Below, in pieces: positions 61,901 through 64,000 of a stretch of DNA of 64,000 nucleotides. The notes beneath the pieces were generated by a model. The model saw nothing but the letters and a program-made list of their open reading frames with translations, did no database searches and was not told where the DNA came from. The DNA lies in contig OZ251236.1 of NCBI GenBank assembly GCA_965240325.2, forward strand, positions 1,240,001-1,304,000, read 5' to 3'. How positions within the stretch are numbered: the first letter of the stretch is position 1; every line of letters begins with the position of its first letter. This DNA comes from Rebecca billardiae RCC1528 (lineage: Eukaryota > Protista > Haptophyta). The translations under genes were made by a program, and so were the position numbers.

Positions 61901-62920
61901 CGTAGCTCGCGGGCAGCCACAGAGGCGTGACGCCCAGCTCGGGCGCGGGCGCGCGCCGCTGGTCGGCGATCAGCGCCGCCGCCTCGGCCGTCAGCCGCGT
62001 CTGCGCGGTGAACGTGGGCTGCCGGAGCTCGGCGGCGAAGAGGAGCGAGTTGGTCGTGCGCGCGTACTCGTACTTCGCCTCCTCGACCAGCCCCGTCGGG
62101 TCGAGCTGCCCGTGCCGCAGCCGCTCCGTCGAGTACGCGAGCTCGAGGATCCGGTTGATCGAGACGGCCGAGAGCGAGCGCAGCTCGTGCGTCGGCATCT
62201 GCTCGATGTAGTAGCGGCGGAGCATGTCCTCCTCGACCTCGGCGCGGCGGCGGTGGGCGGAGGCGACGCGCGCGGCGAACGTCGACATCCGCTCGTCCGT
62301 GAAGTACAGGTTCACCCGGTCCTCCGGGTACGGCTTGGCGTCCATCGAGTTGGAGGCGTCCATCGCGGTGATCACGTACTGCCGCTTGTCGTGCGCGTAC
62401 TTGTGCACCTTCATGTACCGCCAGCTGCCCGTGCCCGTCTCCGGGTCGAGCACGAGCGCGAGGCCGTCCGCGCGCCGGCTCGCCTTGCGGAAGCTCGCGA
62501 TCCACTCGTGCGGCTGGCGCGACTCGTAGTCAGTGTCGTCAAACCAGCTGAGCGGCAGCCGCGTCTCAAAGCCCTGCGGCGGCGCGCGCGCGCGCGGGGC
62601 GGGCGCGGCGGAGCGCGCAGGTGCGCGCGGCGGGGACGGGCGGAGCACACTCCTGTCACGCGGCGCCAGTCCCAACCGCGCCTCGCGGCGCCAGGCCCGC
62701 TGCCAGCCACGGGCGATCTCCGCGCCGAGTGTCGTGCACGCACCAGCGGAGCCACCTGCTTCTTCGAGTAGTCGACCCCATGCGCGAGCAGCTCGTCCGC
62801 TAGCAACAACGGGCCCTTCTTGATGTGCTGCGGCACCTTGGGCGCGCCGAGCGACGTCTGCAGCGGCAGCGGCATGCGATCCGACGCATACCCGCCGCCG
62901 GGCAGCGCGGTGTACACCAT
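49983..62920 (-). CDS. DNAH1: Axonemal inner-arm dynein heavy chain, DNAH1-like (introns 62574-62755, 51026-51194, 50624-50731, 50265-50389)
   Basis: P-loops GPAGTGKT, GPTGGGKT, GPTGTAKS, GVGGSGRQ; motifs FARFYFLSNDEL, CFDEFNRI, LSSQDHYDFGMRA; C-terminal LSTTGHSTN and HWINRGVAL. The N-terminal LPLSWFDDTDYESRQPHEW resembles the DNAH1 class. The start codon is inferred. Confidence 0.93.
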
Positions 62921-63590
62921 CGCCTCCCAGCAGCTGGGGGCGTGCAAAACCGAAAGGGGGAGTCCGGCAGCCTGCACCGGCAGGCGCCAGGCGGGAGCAG
63001 TCCGGGACCATCCAGAGCCCGCCGTTGCCGCCCGTTGGCGAGAAACTGGCAAACTGCCCACGGTGAAATCGAAAATCAGCAGCATGGCGTCTTTGGCTTG
63101 CCACTTGCCGCCTTGTTGCCTACTCAACCTAGCAGGCCAGCGGCGGCGTCAGGGCATTGCTGCCCAGCCAAAGCGACCCTCATCATGTCATGCGGATCAC
63201 CGCCGTGCCGCGCGGCTGCATTCGCGTCGATTCGCCTGCAGGGCGACCGCGGGCGCGGCGCCACGCGGCCTGGCGCGCCGCTGCCGCCAGCTCGGATATA
63301 GTGCCTGTGGCGGCAGCCCGTAGCCGTAAGCGTATCACTATCATGGCCAGCCGGCCAGCTGGCCAGGGCGCCAGGCCTTTTCGATCCGAATGAGCACGCG
63401 GTGACTCGCTCCTCGTTGTCGCATGCCGGCTACTCCGGGTCCGGAACCCAGGGCTCTCAAGCTGTCAGCTCTGGCCTCTGGCTGGGAGTCCGGAAGTCGC
63501 GGATTCGCGCAGCGGAAAACAGCCGCAACTCCCCTCCAACAGCTCCTCGCGCGGTCGCGCCGACGACACCGCCGGACGTGAACGACGCGT

Positions 63591-64000
63591 ATGGGCGCGC
63601 AGCTCTCCACGCGCTGCGTGAGCTCTCTGCTCCCCTTCCTGGCGGTGAAGACCGAGGCTTTGCCTCTCCTCGATGACGCCGCCGTCGCCGCCACCGATGG
63701 CTCGACGCACAGCAGTGGCACGCAGCCGACCGCACCATCCGCCGTGTCTGCGCGCGCGGACGAGCTGCGCGTCTTCTCGGCGAACGTGTGGTGCCACTAC
63801 TTCAGCGCGCTCGCGTGGATGCTGACGGGCTGCAGACGCCTCGTTGGCACGATGTCCCCGCTCCCGTTCCGCCCTCGGCTCGACGTGGCCGCCGAGCACG
63901 CCGCGCAGCACGGCGCAGACGTCGTGGTGCTGCAGGAGCTCTTCGTGTTGCGGCTCGGCCCGCTCGTGCTCGCGGGCGCGTGGGAGCACATGGCGCAGCG
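63591..64000 (+). CDS. 3'-partial endonuclease/exonuclease/phosphatase (EEP) family protein
   Basis: Open from ATG 63591 (MGAQLS, myristoylation-like) to the window end; LRVFSANVW and ADVVVLQEL are EEP motifs. Absent from the ORF track because no stop falls within the window. Confidence 0.75.
   Translation, partial: MGAQLSTRCVSSLLPFLAVKTEALPLLDDAAVAATDGSTHSSGTQPTAPSAVSARADELRVFSANVWCHYFSALAWMLTGCRRLVGTMSPLPFRPRLDVAAEHAAQHGADVVVLQELFVLRLGPLVLAGAWEHMAQ

Noticed and set aside
50526-62505. Giant overlapping ORFs (1438, 2127 and 1696 aa) over the dynein gene
   Set aside because: Antisense or off-frame shadows caused by extreme GC3 codon bias; Arg/Ala/Gly-rich with no motifs.

Overview
Very GC-rich eukaryotic nuclear DNA with short spliceosomal introns (GTGCGC/GTGCGT...CGCAG). 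Several genes carry bipartite signal-plus-transit leaders, so this is an alga with a secondary red-type plastid and flagella; a haptophyte such as Pavlovales is my inference, not proven. About 21 protein genes can be modelled: GST, pyruvate kinase, dymeclin, TSR2, divinyl-(proto)chlorophyllide 8-vinyl reductase, rhodanese, a TTLL5-like glutamylase, an Sds3-like protein, a PPC/DUF296 protein, organellar LysRS with a WHEP tail, IMPACT, a DNAH1-like axonemal dynein heavy chain, an EEP hydrolase and several hypotheticals. Most sit in head-to-head pairs separated by AT-rich convergent spacers. The interval from ~7.6 to 26 kb is gene-poor and accessory-like. It holds a TA-flanked MITE, a multi-pass membrane protein fused to a TIR-like domain with an intact catalytic Glu, and an intronless orphan ORF whose frame continues past a single TAG into RTX-like Gly/Asp repeats. 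It also has paired inverted transposon-like termini, small secreted or membrane orphans, and repeats that decay by 2-6 nt micro-duplications. No rRNA, tRNA or CRISPR array is supported. All family calls come from recognising motifs by eye; no searches were run.
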